A stretch of 64,000 bases of DNA, from positions 11,160 through 75,159 of IMG/VR virus record IMGVR_UViG_3300017917_003742; one strand, given 5' to 3'. Position numbers and translations under genes: made by a program. Origin of the DNA: a virus. A model generated the notes under the pieces. That model saw only the letters and a list, made by a program, of their open reading frames with translations, did not search any database and had not been told where the DNA came from. The first letter of the stretch is position 1, and each line of letters opens with the position of its first letter. Positions 8,984-18,068 of this stretch are shown piece after piece.

Positions 8984-9484
8984 TTAACAAACCTTTTTAC
9001 TCAAATTACAAAATAAATCTTTTAAAGAGTTTTCGTCAAGAAAACTCTTTAATTTTTTAGGGTCCACAGGTGTTTTATTTTTGAGAAGCAACACTTCGTC
9101 AATAACACTACCCTCTAGTTCATTTACAAGAGCCTGATTTGGAATATCAGTTTTCTTTTTTAGGAAGAACAATTTGTTTGTAACACTTTTGAGTTTCTTA
9201 CAAATTTTATTAAGAAAGTTTGTTAATTTCTCACGATCATAATATTTGAATAGTTCGTGAGATTCAGAAAAAAAGTTGTCATGAAAAAATAACAAGTCTT
9301 TGTCGTTTGTTATTCTGTCGCCAAATCGTTTAACAAATAGGTAGAAAATTATTTTCTTTGCATTGCGATCTAGTTTAGAAAGCAACTTGTATTCGTATAA
9401 ACAATCAACGATTTCTTTCTCGATAAGAAATAAGAATCGGTCTATGTTCTCAAAGCTGTATAGCATAAGATAATATAACCTCAA
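8984..9484 (-). CDS. Hypothetical protein
   Basis: 166-aa ORF coupled (4-nt overlap) to the upstream minus-strand gene. Confidence 0.65.
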   Translation of the reverse strand: MRLYYLMLYSFENIDRFLFLIEKEIVDCLYEYKLLSKLDRNAKKIIFYLFVKRFGDRITNDKDLLFFHDNFFSESHELFKYYDREKLTNFLNKICKKLKSVTNKLFFLKKKTDIPNQALVNELEGSVIDEVLLLKNKTPVDPKKLKSFLDENSLKDLFCNLSKKVC

Positions 9485-10635
9485 CTGAACTCACATTCAA
9501 GTTCGTTTTTGAATGCTTGTTCTCCAGCCAATTTTATAAAATCTTCTTTCCATTTTTCATCTCTATCGGGAATGTCACTCCATATTATTTTATTCTTATG
9601 AAACGTTTCGTTGTTATAAAGTTTTATAAGAATTGAATCCTCGGTTTTTGGGGTTCCTGAAATTATAAGTTTATTAGATTTTGAACTTTTTACAACAGGT
9701 AAGCACGCTTTCAAAAATTGTTCCTTATCATCTTCTTCACAAAGATCTATATTATCTAAAATTAATAAACTGTGATTTTTACCTCTTATAATATTTGTGT
9801 TTAAACTAGAAGTGCCTATTTTACTACCATTTGAGAAATATATAGCGTCTGATCGTTGTTCAATTATTTTAGGAAAAAGAGGATTATTAAAGAAATAACA
9901 GGTTCTTCTTAATAATTCGTTGTAATGATGTGCATTCACACAGTTCATGGTATAAATTCCTGCGGAAAAATCTTTATTGAATAAACAACAGTGTAATGAG
10001 AATAATACGTGAAGCATAGACATTCCTGATTGACGACCTGCTATAGTTACGTTCATTTTATTTTCATTCCAGTCTTTTAATATTTCTTTTTGTTTATTAT
10101 ACAATTTTATAGAAGAAGACGCACCATCATGTGTGTTCCATTTGACATGATTTTCGATAAAATAAACTATATCGTTTTTACACTTTTCATATTCATCGGA
10201 TGATGAATTGTCTATAACTACTCTGTATTTTTCGATTAAATCTTTTGGGGGACCGTTGAGACGAATGTTGATAATTCCGTTATAATAATCTTCACGAAGA
10301 ATAGCATTCTCCTTTAATTGCCACATAAGTTCAAGATAGGCACTTTCCCACTTGCATGTAGTTAATTCTAGAATTTCTCTCTTAAAGTTTTCTTTACCGT
10401 ATTTCTTAAGGTCTTCTTTTAATTCATTAGAAGAACCATAGTATTTCTTCCAGTCGCTTTCTTTGACCACGCGACGACTTCTAGTTTTACCTTTTAGTGG
10501 AGGTCTTTTCTGATTGCTCCAGAATTGTTTTTTACCGATATACTTTTTACCATTAGACAGACAAGTGATACGATAAACAAAGCCAAACCACTCACTAATA
10601 TCTTCTGGAACATTTTCCCAAGAGTTTTCATTCAT
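9481..10635 (-). CDS. GIY-YIG nuclease domain fused to a degenerate terminase-large-subunit (gp17-like) ATPase domain
   Basis: N-term GFVYRIT...KKYIGKK...FKREIL...YYN. C-term EY.KC..D.VYF, L...Q, GRQSGMS, IRG...LLILDN, ISGTP, W.D.P.RD..W, F..E.ECEF. Confidence 0.75.
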   Translation of the reverse strand: MNENSWENVPEDISEWFGFVYRITCLSNGKKYIGKKQFWSNQKRPPLKGKTRSRRVVKESDWKKYYGSSNELKEDLKKYGKENFKREILELTTCKWESAYLELMWQLKENAILREDYYNGIINIRLNGPPKDLIEKYRVVIDNSSSDEYEKCKNDIVYFIENHVKWNTHDGASSSIKLYNKQKEILKDWNENKMNVTIAGRQSGMSMLHVLFSLHCCLFNKDFSAGIYTMNCVNAHHYNELLRRTCYFFNNPLFPKIIEQRSDAIYFSNGSKIGTSSLNTNIIRGKNHSLLILDNIDLCEEDDKEQFLKACLPVVKSSKSNKLIISGTPKTEDSILIKLYNNETFHKNKIIWSDIPDRDEKWKEDFIKLAGEQAFKNELECEFS

Positions 10636-10644
10636 ACTGGATAT

Positions 10645-10830
10645 TTACTTCCGTTTTTTGCGCTTTCTAGTCTTTTTGGTTTTTACTTTTCCTCTTCTGG
10701 AATATGTTCCCATTATAAACGGAGTTCGTGGATCATCTGTAGGATAAGGACCATCAGAACCTAATACTCCTGCATCAGTCATACCGTCTTCTAAAAACAT
10801 TTTTACTATTTTGTCAAAATTTTTAGTCAT
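10645..10830 (-). CDS. Small late protein with a basic C-terminus
   Basis: 61 aa. TAAATA 7 nt upstream. Ends KVKTKKTRKRKKRK. Confidence 0.7.
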   Translation of the reverse strand: MTKNFDKIVKMFLEDGMTDAGVLGSDGPYPTDDPRTPFIMGTYSRRGKVKTKKTRKRKKRK

Positions 10831-10882
10831 TTCTTACTATTTACTTGAAATCTATATATCAAGGTGGTATTTTTAAAGCATA

Positions 10883-11287
10883 ATGAACGAAGAACCTATG
10901 GATTTACTAGAGAAATACTCTAAGGAAATAGAAATGGACACCAGTATTGATGTTACAAACATTATGGAAAAGCAACTTTCTTGCCCTAATGTTAAACATA
11001 AATGGCTTTTCAGATTAATGAAAGCCAAGAAACATCTTATTGATTTGGTGGAACTTAAAGATAATTTTGTTAACAACATAATGAACAAAGATAATCCTTT
11101 AAAGTTGAGCAAAGCAGTTATTGCAAACAAGCTCGAAACTCAAGGAGATTATAAAGAATTACAGAAAAGAATAAAAGAGCAAGAGATTCTTGTAGAATAT
11201 CTTGATAGCAGTGTGAATAAAATTTTTAGTCAGATGGGATTTGACTTTAAAAATCTTGTTGAATTGATGAAAATGGAGCAATTATGA
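10883..11287 (+). CDS. uvsY: Recombination mediator UvsY
   Basis: D..ID...KW motif, helical, 134 aa, just upstream of uvsW as in T4-like phages. Confidence 0.75.
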   Translation: MNEEPMDLLEKYSKEIEMDTSIDVTNIMEKQLSCPNVKHKWLFRLMKAKKHLIDLVELKDNFVNNIMNKDNPLKLSKAVIANKLETQGDYKELQKRIKEQEILVEYLDSSVNKIFSQMGFDFKNLVELMKMEQL

Positions 11288-11940
11288 TGAATTATTCTAA
11301 TGCACTACGCGAACAAGAAATAATTAAAAATAGACACGATAGTTATTTTGATGATTTATGGGAAGTTATTAATGGGCGAGCATCCACTCCTGTAAAAGAT
11401 TATGAAAAAAGGCTTGCAGATTCTATAATGAATGAATCTAATAAACAGATGAACACTACTGAATGTAAAACTATATCCGCAGTAAATTATTTTCCTTCCG
11501 ATAATTTTTACGACAAGATGTTCACTAACTCTTTTGAATCAGATGTGAAACTTTTATCGAATTTTGAAGCAACAACAAATCTGTGTCTTTCTGGAACAAT
11601 TGAAAATATCAACTACTCTTATCAGACTCTTTGGCCGAAAAAGGATACTTCTCAGAAGAAAGTATATAAAAACTTTAATATTGATGATTTTAAGTATAGA
11701 GACGTTGCAAAGAGAAATATAAAAGCTGTTTTCCAAAAAAGAAAAATAAAAAACAAAGAAGAATGTATATATATTGTTGATAATCTTTCACCAGAAGGTG
11801 TAGAAATTTTTATTAAAAAATATGTTAATAGAGAAATAAAATGCTCTATACTAAAAATGTTGAGAAAGCTAGAAGCTTCTGATTGTACTTTTAATACACA
11901 AGATTGTGTATTTGAAAAATGGCAGAAGACATCAGAGTAA
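11284..11940 (+). CDS. Hypothetical protein inserted between uvsY and uvsW
   Basis: 218-aa ORF overlapping both neighbours. Confidence 0.65.
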   Translation: MMNYSNALREQEIIKNRHDSYFDDLWEVINGRASTPVKDYEKRLADSIMNESNKQMNTTECKTISAVNYFPSDNFYDKMFTNSFESDVKLLSNFEATTNLCLSGTIENINYSYQTLWPKKDTSQKKVYKNFNIDDFKYRDVAKRNIKAVFQKRKIKNKEECIYIVDNLSPEGVEIFIKKYVNREIKCSILKMLRKLEASDCTFNTQDCVFEKWQKTSE

Positions 11941-13343
11941 CATACGATAAGAAGAGTGGATATTTAAAATGTTCACCTAACGTTTTTAAACTGGTAAGAG
12001 AAAAGTTCTCTATAAAGAATCCATCTTATCAATCTAGGAAGTTTGTTCCTAGATTATATTCTATCACGCCTGCGGGTGCGTTTCAGGTAGGAATGTGGAA
12101 CGAGATTGAACATTATATTCGTTCTCTTAACATTCCTGTTAAAATAACATTATCAGACGAGTTTAAAAATCAATTTAATCCCCAAACAAACATCAAGGAA
12201 ATTTCTAAGATTGATGGATTCACTTATTATGATTATCAAGAGGATACACTAAACGAGTTTATCAAGAATGGTAGAGGTATATCACTTGTTGCTACTGGTG
12301 GCGGTAAAGCACTGATTGCAGGTGGCTTGTGTAAAACATTCCTCGATCACTATCCTCATTTCAAGATATTAATCATTGTTCCAAACGTGTCGTTGTTAAA
12401 TCAACTTTACTATTCTTTCCTAGATGAATTTGGAATAAGTTGTATATCTCGTTGGGGAGATGGTAAGCTTCCTGATTTATCTCAAAATATTCTCATTGCT
12501 AACTCTCAAATCTTAACAAGTGACATCAAAGCAACACTAGCTGTTGTCGGGAATTATGATGTTGTAATTGTTGATGAAGTTCATACCATTAACGAGAAGA
12601 AAAACAAAATCAGCAAAGTGGTTCATAATATAACCACACCTTTCAAGTTTGGACTTACAGGAACACTACCAGATAGTCTTATGGCAAGCTGGAATGTTAT
12701 TGGCAAGATTGGTCCTATTGTTTATGAGAAGACTTCTTATGAATTACGTAAACAAGGCACTATTACAGATGTCAAAATCAAAATGGTTTTATGTCAACAT
12801 GAACGTGTGCCTGTGTTTCTAACTGGTCCAAATCCAACTGACAAATATAACGCAGAATACGATTATGTTATAAACTACGCTCCAAGAAACGATGTTATTA
12901 AAAAGCTTTGTGACAAGCTTGTAGGAAACACATTGATTGTTGTGGACAGATTGGATTATATCTCAGTCTTGAAAAAATTATTAGAGGGTGGAGACAAAAA
13001 GATTTTCGTTATCACAGGCGAGACTCCAACAAGTGAGAGAACAGAAATCCAGAACACTATGGACAAAGAAGATGGAATCATTTGTATTGCCATGAGCAAA
13101 TGCTTTTCCACTGGTATTTCGATTAAGAATCTTCATTATGCAATTTTTGCATACATGGGAAAAGGTGGTGTTAAAACAGTTCAAACCATTGGCCGAACTG
13201 TTCGTAAACACAGTAGCAAAGAAGTAGCTGTGATTTTTGACATAGCTGACAACTTAGAATACTCTCGTAAACATGCAAAAGAAAGACTCCAAATATACAA
13301 AGAGCAAAAAATTGAGTATTCTATTACAAAAATAAAAATTTAA
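11919..13343 (+). CDS. uvsW: UvsW SF2 DNA helicase
   Basis: YDYQ, ATGGGK, VDEVH, GLTGT, STGISIKNLH, QTIGR..R. Confidence 0.92.
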   Translation: MAEDIRVTYDKKSGYLKCSPNVFKLVREKFSIKNPSYQSRKFVPRLYSITPAGAFQVGMWNEIEHYIRSLNIPVKITLSDEFKNQFNPQTNIKEISKIDGFTYYDYQEDTLNEFIKNGRGISLVATGGGKALIAGGLCKTFLDHYPHFKILIIVPNVSLLNQLYYSFLDEFGISCISRWGDGKLPDLSQNILIANSQILTSDIKATLAVVGNYDVVIVDEVHTINEKKNKISKVVHNITTPFKFGLTGTLPDSLMASWNVIGKIGPIVYEKTSYELRKQGTITDVKIKMVLCQHERVPVFLTGPNPTDKYNAEYDYVINYAPRNDVIKKLCDKLVGNTLIVVDRLDYISVLKKLLEGGDKKIFVITGETPTSERTEIQNTMDKEDGIICIAMSKCFSTGISIKNLHYAIFAYMGKGGVKTVQTIGRTVRKHSSKEVAVIFDIADNLEYSRKHAKERLQIYKEQKIEYSITKIKI

Positions 13344-13344
13344 T

Positions 13345-14076
13345 ATGTGGGAAACTGACACTGATGATATTGAACCCGAAGAAGAACTTTCTGAAATAGA
13401 TGTTCTTGATGAAAAGCCTCGTAAAAGAACACGCCGAACAAAGGCTGAAAAAGAAACTGAGGAATATGTTTCTAAAGAAGAGATGTGGAATGAACTATAC
13501 AATTATTACATTTCTCTTGGAGAAGATTATGATTGGGAAAATCAAAAGCTTCTTAAGAAAGATTCTTACCCCAAAATTTCAAATCGCTTAACAACCATTG
13601 TTAGTGATATTGCAACAAAAATGGGATACCGTGGAAACTTTTGCTCATATTCTTGGATTGACGAAATGATTGGTGATGCCACACTTAAAATGGTTAAAGC
13701 TGTTCGTGACTGCTCATTCAAGTGCTATACAATTGCCGAGATAATTTCTAAAACAGAAGATAACGGAACCGTATTTATCAGCTTTATTGATAAAAAAGGC
13801 GAAGCTCAGAAAAAGCAACTTGAAGAATCCGATACATTCTTTTTTGAAGATGGCAAGGAATATATCAAGTTTAAAGCAAATCCTTTTGGATACTTTTCTC
13901 GAATAACAAGTCATTCTTATCTTAATCGCATTAAAAAAGAAAAGTTATTAGAAGAGACAAAAAGAAATTTTCAAGCTGAAACTTGGGATCGTCTTTACTC
14001 TGATGAAAACTTTCGTAATGTTCGTCGTCCGAAATATATTGAAAACGACGATAATGATGGTATATTTGAGGAATGA
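13345..14076 (+). CDS. gp55: Late-transcription sigma factor gp55
   Basis: YVS..E, IA......NF..YSW.DEMIGDA, NPFGYF..I....Y.NRIKKEK. Confidence 0.88.
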   Translation: MWETDTDDIEPEEELSEIDVLDEKPRKRTRRTKAEKETEEYVSKEEMWNELYNYYISLGEDYDWENQKLLKKDSYPKISNRLTTIVSDIATKMGYRGNFCSYSWIDEMIGDATLKMVKAVRDCSFKCYTIAEIISKTEDNGTVFISFIDKKGEAQKKQLEESDTFFFEDGKEYIKFKANPFGYFSRITSHSYLNRIKKEKLLEETKRNFQAETWDRLYSDENFRNVRRPKYIENDDNDGIFEE

Positions 14077-14390
14077 GAAAAAAGATAGCAGACAGATTAT
14101 ACAAATTATACGGTGGTGATTTTAGACATTTTCCAAAGGGTTTACGAATGTTCCTTTGGAAAATGTTTGGGCATGATTACCGATTTTATCCACATGATAG
14201 AATGTATTTTCCAAAAATAGGAAAATATGAATATTCGGATTTAATAAATGTGGAAGATGAATGGTTTGTTTATAAGACATGGGTTCCGCATCTTTGGCCT
14301 GAATTATCAACAGAAGAAATTTGTAATGCTCGACTCATGAGCGGTCCTGTTAGTCTAAAGTTTCAATTAAATTACACTTATGAAGAGTAA
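14073..14390 (+). CDS. Small protein whose C-terminus resembles the gp23 major-capsid Gol region
   Basis: WVPHLWPELSTEEICNARLMSGPVSLKFQLNYTY aligns without gaps to T4 gp23 MVRRAIPNLIAFDICGVQPMNSPTGQVFALRAVY (recalled, aligned by eye). Confidence 0.55.
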   Translation: MRKKIADRLYKLYGGDFRHFPKGLRMFLWKMFGHDYRFYPHDRMYFPKIGKYEYSDLINVEDEWFVYKTWVPHLWPELSTEEICNARLMSGPVSLKFQLNYTYEE

Positions 14391-15147
14391 AGAAATTATA
14401 GAACAAAAAAACAAAGATAAAATAGATAGACTTTTATTAGAGATAGAAGTCTCACCTATTAACGAAACGGTCAATATCGACTATGTTATTAATCTCTGTT
14501 ATATAACAAAAAATACTATTAAAAAATATATAAAGGATAAAAAGTTAGAATGTTTATGGGTTGATAACGAACCTGTTTTTTTACGAACACATCTTTTGAA
14601 TTTTTTAAAAAATAATTATATAAAAGTTAGGACCGAATCTAAAATGTTAAAAGCTAGTATAGCTGGAAGTTCTATTTATGAAGGGAAGACCTGTGAAATC
14701 TGTAAAACCAAATCTAGATATATTTCTAATAGTAGTTGTGTTGATTGTTCTACGAGAAAAGGTATTATTAAGCTGAACGACCAAGAGCTTATGAAACAAT
14801 ATAGAACTCCTGAAAAAGTTAAACAATATACGAAAAAATATCGAAGTTTAGGAAAACATAGATGTTCTCCCTCTAATTCTAAAGTTAGTAAATTTAATCA
14901 CAATTTAATCAAAAATTACAATATAGATGCATCTATGTATAATAAATTACTAACTGAACAAAATAATGTCTGTGCTATATGTAAACGCTGTTGCGTATCA
15001 GGGAGACGTTTAGCAGTAGATCATGATCATAAAACTGGAAAGGTTCGTGGATTGCTGTGCGGTAGATGTAATACGGGATTAGGTAATTTTACTGATTCCA
15101 TTGAATTTTTAGAAGAAGCTATAAAATATTTAAAACATGAAAAATAA
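14380..15147 (+). mobile_element. Free-standing endonuclease VII-type HNH (homing) endonuclease
   Basis: Q...CAIC...LAVDHDH.TG.VRGLLC..CN.GLG, plus a CxxC...CxxC zinc finger. Confidence 0.85.
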
Positions 15148-16150
15148 TCTTATCCTGTGCGTTGGAGACATACACTTAGGAGTTAATAAGAATAATCCGT
15201 TGTTCTTTAAAACTGCATTACGTTATGCAGACTGGATTAATTCTGTTTGTCAAAAAAACAACATAAAAACAATTGTTCAGCTTGGTGACATATTTCATAA
15301 TCGGGAAATGATTCACCTTCCTGCTATAAATTGTGCATACGAGTTTTTCGATAAACTCAAAGATTATGATTTGCATATAATTTCTGGAAACCATGACTGC
15401 TTACTGAATAATACTAGTGATGTTAACTCTCTTAAACTGTTAAAGCAATGGCCTAACATCACTGTTCATGAAAAAGTTTCTGTGATAGACGAGATTTGTT
15501 TTTGTGGATGGGGAACCAAAATCGAAGATATTCCGAAAAACAACAAAATTATTTTTGGTCACTTTGACATTAAAGGATTTGAAATGAGTTCTTTTAAAAT
15601 TAGTGAACACGGCTTTTCTGCATCTGATCTTATGAGCCGTTGCAGTTTGCTTATGAGTGGTCACTATCACAAGCCACAAGTGCGTTTTTACGACAAGAAA
15701 CCTCTTGTTTATACTGGCAGTGCATATCAGCTTAATTGGGGAGAAAGTGGTGAGGATAAATATGCATACATTCTCGACACCGAGACATTACAATACAGGC
15801 TTTTAGAAAATAAAATTAGTCCTCGCTTTCAGTATATAAGAAAGCCAGAAGATTATGACAAAGTTGAAAATAACTTTGTTTCAATCGAAGTTGAAAATGT
15901 TGAAGATGTTCCAAATGCAGTTGCAAAGCTTTCTGCACTCAAAGCACTGGATATTAAAACAACGCAAAAACCCCTTGAGTATAAACGCGAAATTTCTCTT
16001 GAGAATGGCGATGTTGTGACATTTGAGGAAAACGCATCGTCTGTTCTTGAGTGTATCGAAGAATACGCATCTCTTCTAGAAAATATAACAGACGAGGAAA
16101 AGAAAATTGTTGCAGAAAAGCTCAATGACCTTTATAGTCGCTGTGTATGA
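15137..16150 (+). CDS. gp47: Recombination endonuclease subunit (Mre11/SbcD-like)
   Basis: GDIHLG, LGDIFH.R, GNHD, GHF, SGHYH. Confidence 0.92.
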   Translation: MKNNLILCVGDIHLGVNKNNPLFFKTALRYADWINSVCQKNNIKTIVQLGDIFHNREMIHLPAINCAYEFFDKLKDYDLHIISGNHDCLLNNTSDVNSLKLLKQWPNITVHEKVSVIDEICFCGWGTKIEDIPKNNKIIFGHFDIKGFEMSSFKISEHGFSASDLMSRCSLLMSGHYHKPQVRFYDKKPLVYTGSAYQLNWGESGEDKYAYILDTETLQYRLLENKISPRFQYIRKPEDYDKVENNFVSIEVENVEDVPNAVAKLSALKALDIKTTQKPLEYKREISLENGDVVTFEENASSVLECIEEYASLLENITDEEKKIVAEKLNDLYSRCV

Positions 16151-16707
16151 GTGCTGAAAAACAAAGACGCTGGTTTCCAATCAATTTTGAAAAGATCAAG
16201 GGAATTCCTATTAATTCCCATCCCGGTGCATTTGGTTGTGCTCGTAAATACAACTTTCACGAAGGAGTTGATCTTTATGGCGAACCGGGTGATTGGGTGT
16301 ATGCTATACGTGATGGTGTAGTAATTTCCAACATGGGTTTTACAGGACCAAAGGAAGGACACTCTTGGTGGTTAGAAACTAATGCAGTTCTTGTAAAAGA
16401 TGAAGAAGGTTATTATGTTTATGGAGAACTTTTTTCACATCTAAAAGCTGGTGACAAAGTTCTTGCAGGAGATAAAATTGGAGAACTCACACCAGTTCTT
16501 CCTCCGCATAAAAAGCGAGTTGACATTCCCGGTCATTCTGTTACAATGTTACATCTTGAGCGTTGGAGTCTCGCTTATGACGAGGTTGGCGGATGGAGTG
16601 CATGGCAAACCAGAGAAAGCCGCCCAAATTATCTCTTGGACCCAACACAGGAACTCATTCAAATTTTAAAAGATAAAAAAAGACCATTAACATTTTTAAC
16701 ACTATGA
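16147..16707 (+). CDS. M23-family peptidase-like protein
   Basis: HEGVDL, VYAIRDGVV, V.AGDKIG. MLHLE in place of HxH. Confidence 0.7.
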   Translation: MSAEKQRRWFPINFEKIKGIPINSHPGAFGCARKYNFHEGVDLYGEPGDWVYAIRDGVVISNMGFTGPKEGHSWWLETNAVLVKDEEGYYVYGELFSHLKAGDKVLAGDKIGELTPVLPPHKKRVDIPGHSVTMLHLERWSLAYDEVGGWSAWQTRESRPNYLLDPTQELIQILKDKKRPLTFLTL

Positions 16708-16904
16708 CTAATGAACTAACAGACCGTGAATTTGCTTGCTTGTTATGGAACACGATGTATCCTGAAAGACGCCCATTTGGACAAATTTCAGACAGCGCAA
16801 AGGACGAGTGGGAAAAACTCGCAAGAATAGCAAAAGGTATTGCCAAATTAGAAGGCATAGATTGCATGGCAGAAATCAAAGAAATCTTAAAACCACAACT
16901 ATAA
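16704..16904 (+). CDS. Small hypothetical protein
   Basis: 66 aa, coupled by ATGA overlap. Confidence 0.6.
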   Translation: MTNELTDREFACLLWNTMYPERRPFGQISDSAKDEWEKLARIAKGIAKLEGIDCMAEIKEILKPQL

Positions 16905-16905
16905 T

Positions 16906-17559
16906 ATGAAAATTTTAATTACTAGTGGAGGAACCGATGTTCCTATTGACGATGTTCGTAAAATCTCTAACATGAGTTCAGGAAAATATGGTGCCGAAAT
17001 TGCAACTGTATTACATGATAATTTTTTTAATGAACATGATATTTGGTACTTAGGGAAAAAAGGTGGAGTGTTCCCTAATCCAGAGATAGATTTACATTTT
17101 CAAGGTAAAAAATATTTAGGTAATTTAATATTTTCTAATTATGAAGAATATAAAGAGAATAGCATAATAGCAGCGGCAAAGATTTCACCTGACATAATTA
17201 TTTCCGCAGCAGCGGTTTCCGATTACATCTTGGATAAAACAGAAGGTAAAATTTCTAGTGACAATGATGAACTTGTTATTCGCTTGAAGAAAGCTCCGAA
17301 GATTTTACCTTTGCTTCGTGAAGCGGCTCCAAATGCGCTTCTGGTAGGCTTTAAACTGCTTGTAAGTCCATCCAAGGATGAGATTGACAGTGCCGTTCAA
17401 AAGGTGTTTAAAAACGGCGCAGATTTGGTCGTGTATAACGACTTAACAGAGATTCGCAAAGGTAATCTCATACGCTATGTTTTTACTCCTACCATGAGTT
17501 TCACTATTGCAAGAGACGCCAAAGAATTAGTAGACATAATCCTCAATTATAAGAAATGA
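16906..17559 (+). CDS. coaB: Phosphopantothenate-cysteine ligase (stand-alone CoaB)
   Basis: LITSGGT..PIDDVR.ISNMSSGKYG, AAAVSDY, KISS, L...PKIL, LVGFKL, VVYND. Confidence 0.88.
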   Translation: MKILITSGGTDVPIDDVRKISNMSSGKYGAEIATVLHDNFFNEHDIWYLGKKGGVFPNPEIDLHFQGKKYLGNLIFSNYEEYKENSIIAAAKISPDIIISAAAVSDYILDKTEGKISSDNDELVIRLKKAPKILPLLREAAPNALLVGFKLLVSPSKDEIDSAVQKVFKNGADLVVYNDLTEIRKGNLIRYVFTPTMSFTIARDAKELVDIILNYKK

Positions 17560-18068
17560 AAGTGTTACACGGTTTAACAGGAAGTGTCGCAACTGTTCTG
17601 AATGATAAAATTCGACAATCTTATAATTTAGTATCATTTGATACAAAATTTATTGCAACTAACAATTCCTTTCAAATATCTAGTGTAGGAGAAGCTTATA
17701 CAGATAGTAGCGAATGGTTCGTTTATAGAGAAGAGAAAAAAGTTCTTCATATCGAACTTGTTAAGTGGGCAGATGTTTTTGTCATTGCACCACTCTCTGC
17801 TAACACTCTCGCAAAAATTGCAAATGGAATTTGTGACAACTTGCTCACATGTGTCGCAAGAGCGTGGGATTTCGAGAAACCTTTCATTGTTGCTCCCGCC
17901 ATGAATACAAAAATGTGGACTCATCCAATAACAGAAGAGCATGTTAAAAAACTTCGTTCATGGGGAATATCTGTTTTAGAACCTGTTGAGAAAACTCTTT
18001 ATTGTGGTGACACAGGAATAGGAGCAATGACAAATATTGAAAACATTATTAGAGCAATAAAAATATGA
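17556..18068 (+). CDS. coaC: Phosphopantothenoylcysteine decarboxylase (stand-alone CoaC, HAL3/PPCDC type)
   Basis: TGSVA, VLHIEL..WAD, APLSANTLAKIANGICDNLLT, PAMNTKMW, L.CGD.G.GAM. Confidence 0.92.
   Translation: MKVLHGLTGSVATVLNDKIRQSYNLVSFDTKFIATNNSFQISSVGEAYTDSSEWFVYREEKKVLHIELVKWADVFVIAPLSANTLAKIANGICDNLLTCVARAWDFEKPFIVAPAMNTKMWTHPITEEHVKKLRSWGISVLEPVEKTLYCGDTGIGAMTNIENIIRAIKI

Noticed and set aside
9481-10635. Functional terminase large subunit
   Set aside because: Walker A Lys and Walker B Glu are substituted, and the nuclease domain is absent.
11919-13343. UvsW inactivated by Walker A GKA
   Set aside because: The Lys and all other helicase motifs are intact; one substitution is too little evidence.
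14380-15147. Group I intron around the HNH gene
   Set aside because: The flanking genes are complete and overlap the ORF, leaving no room for intron core structure.
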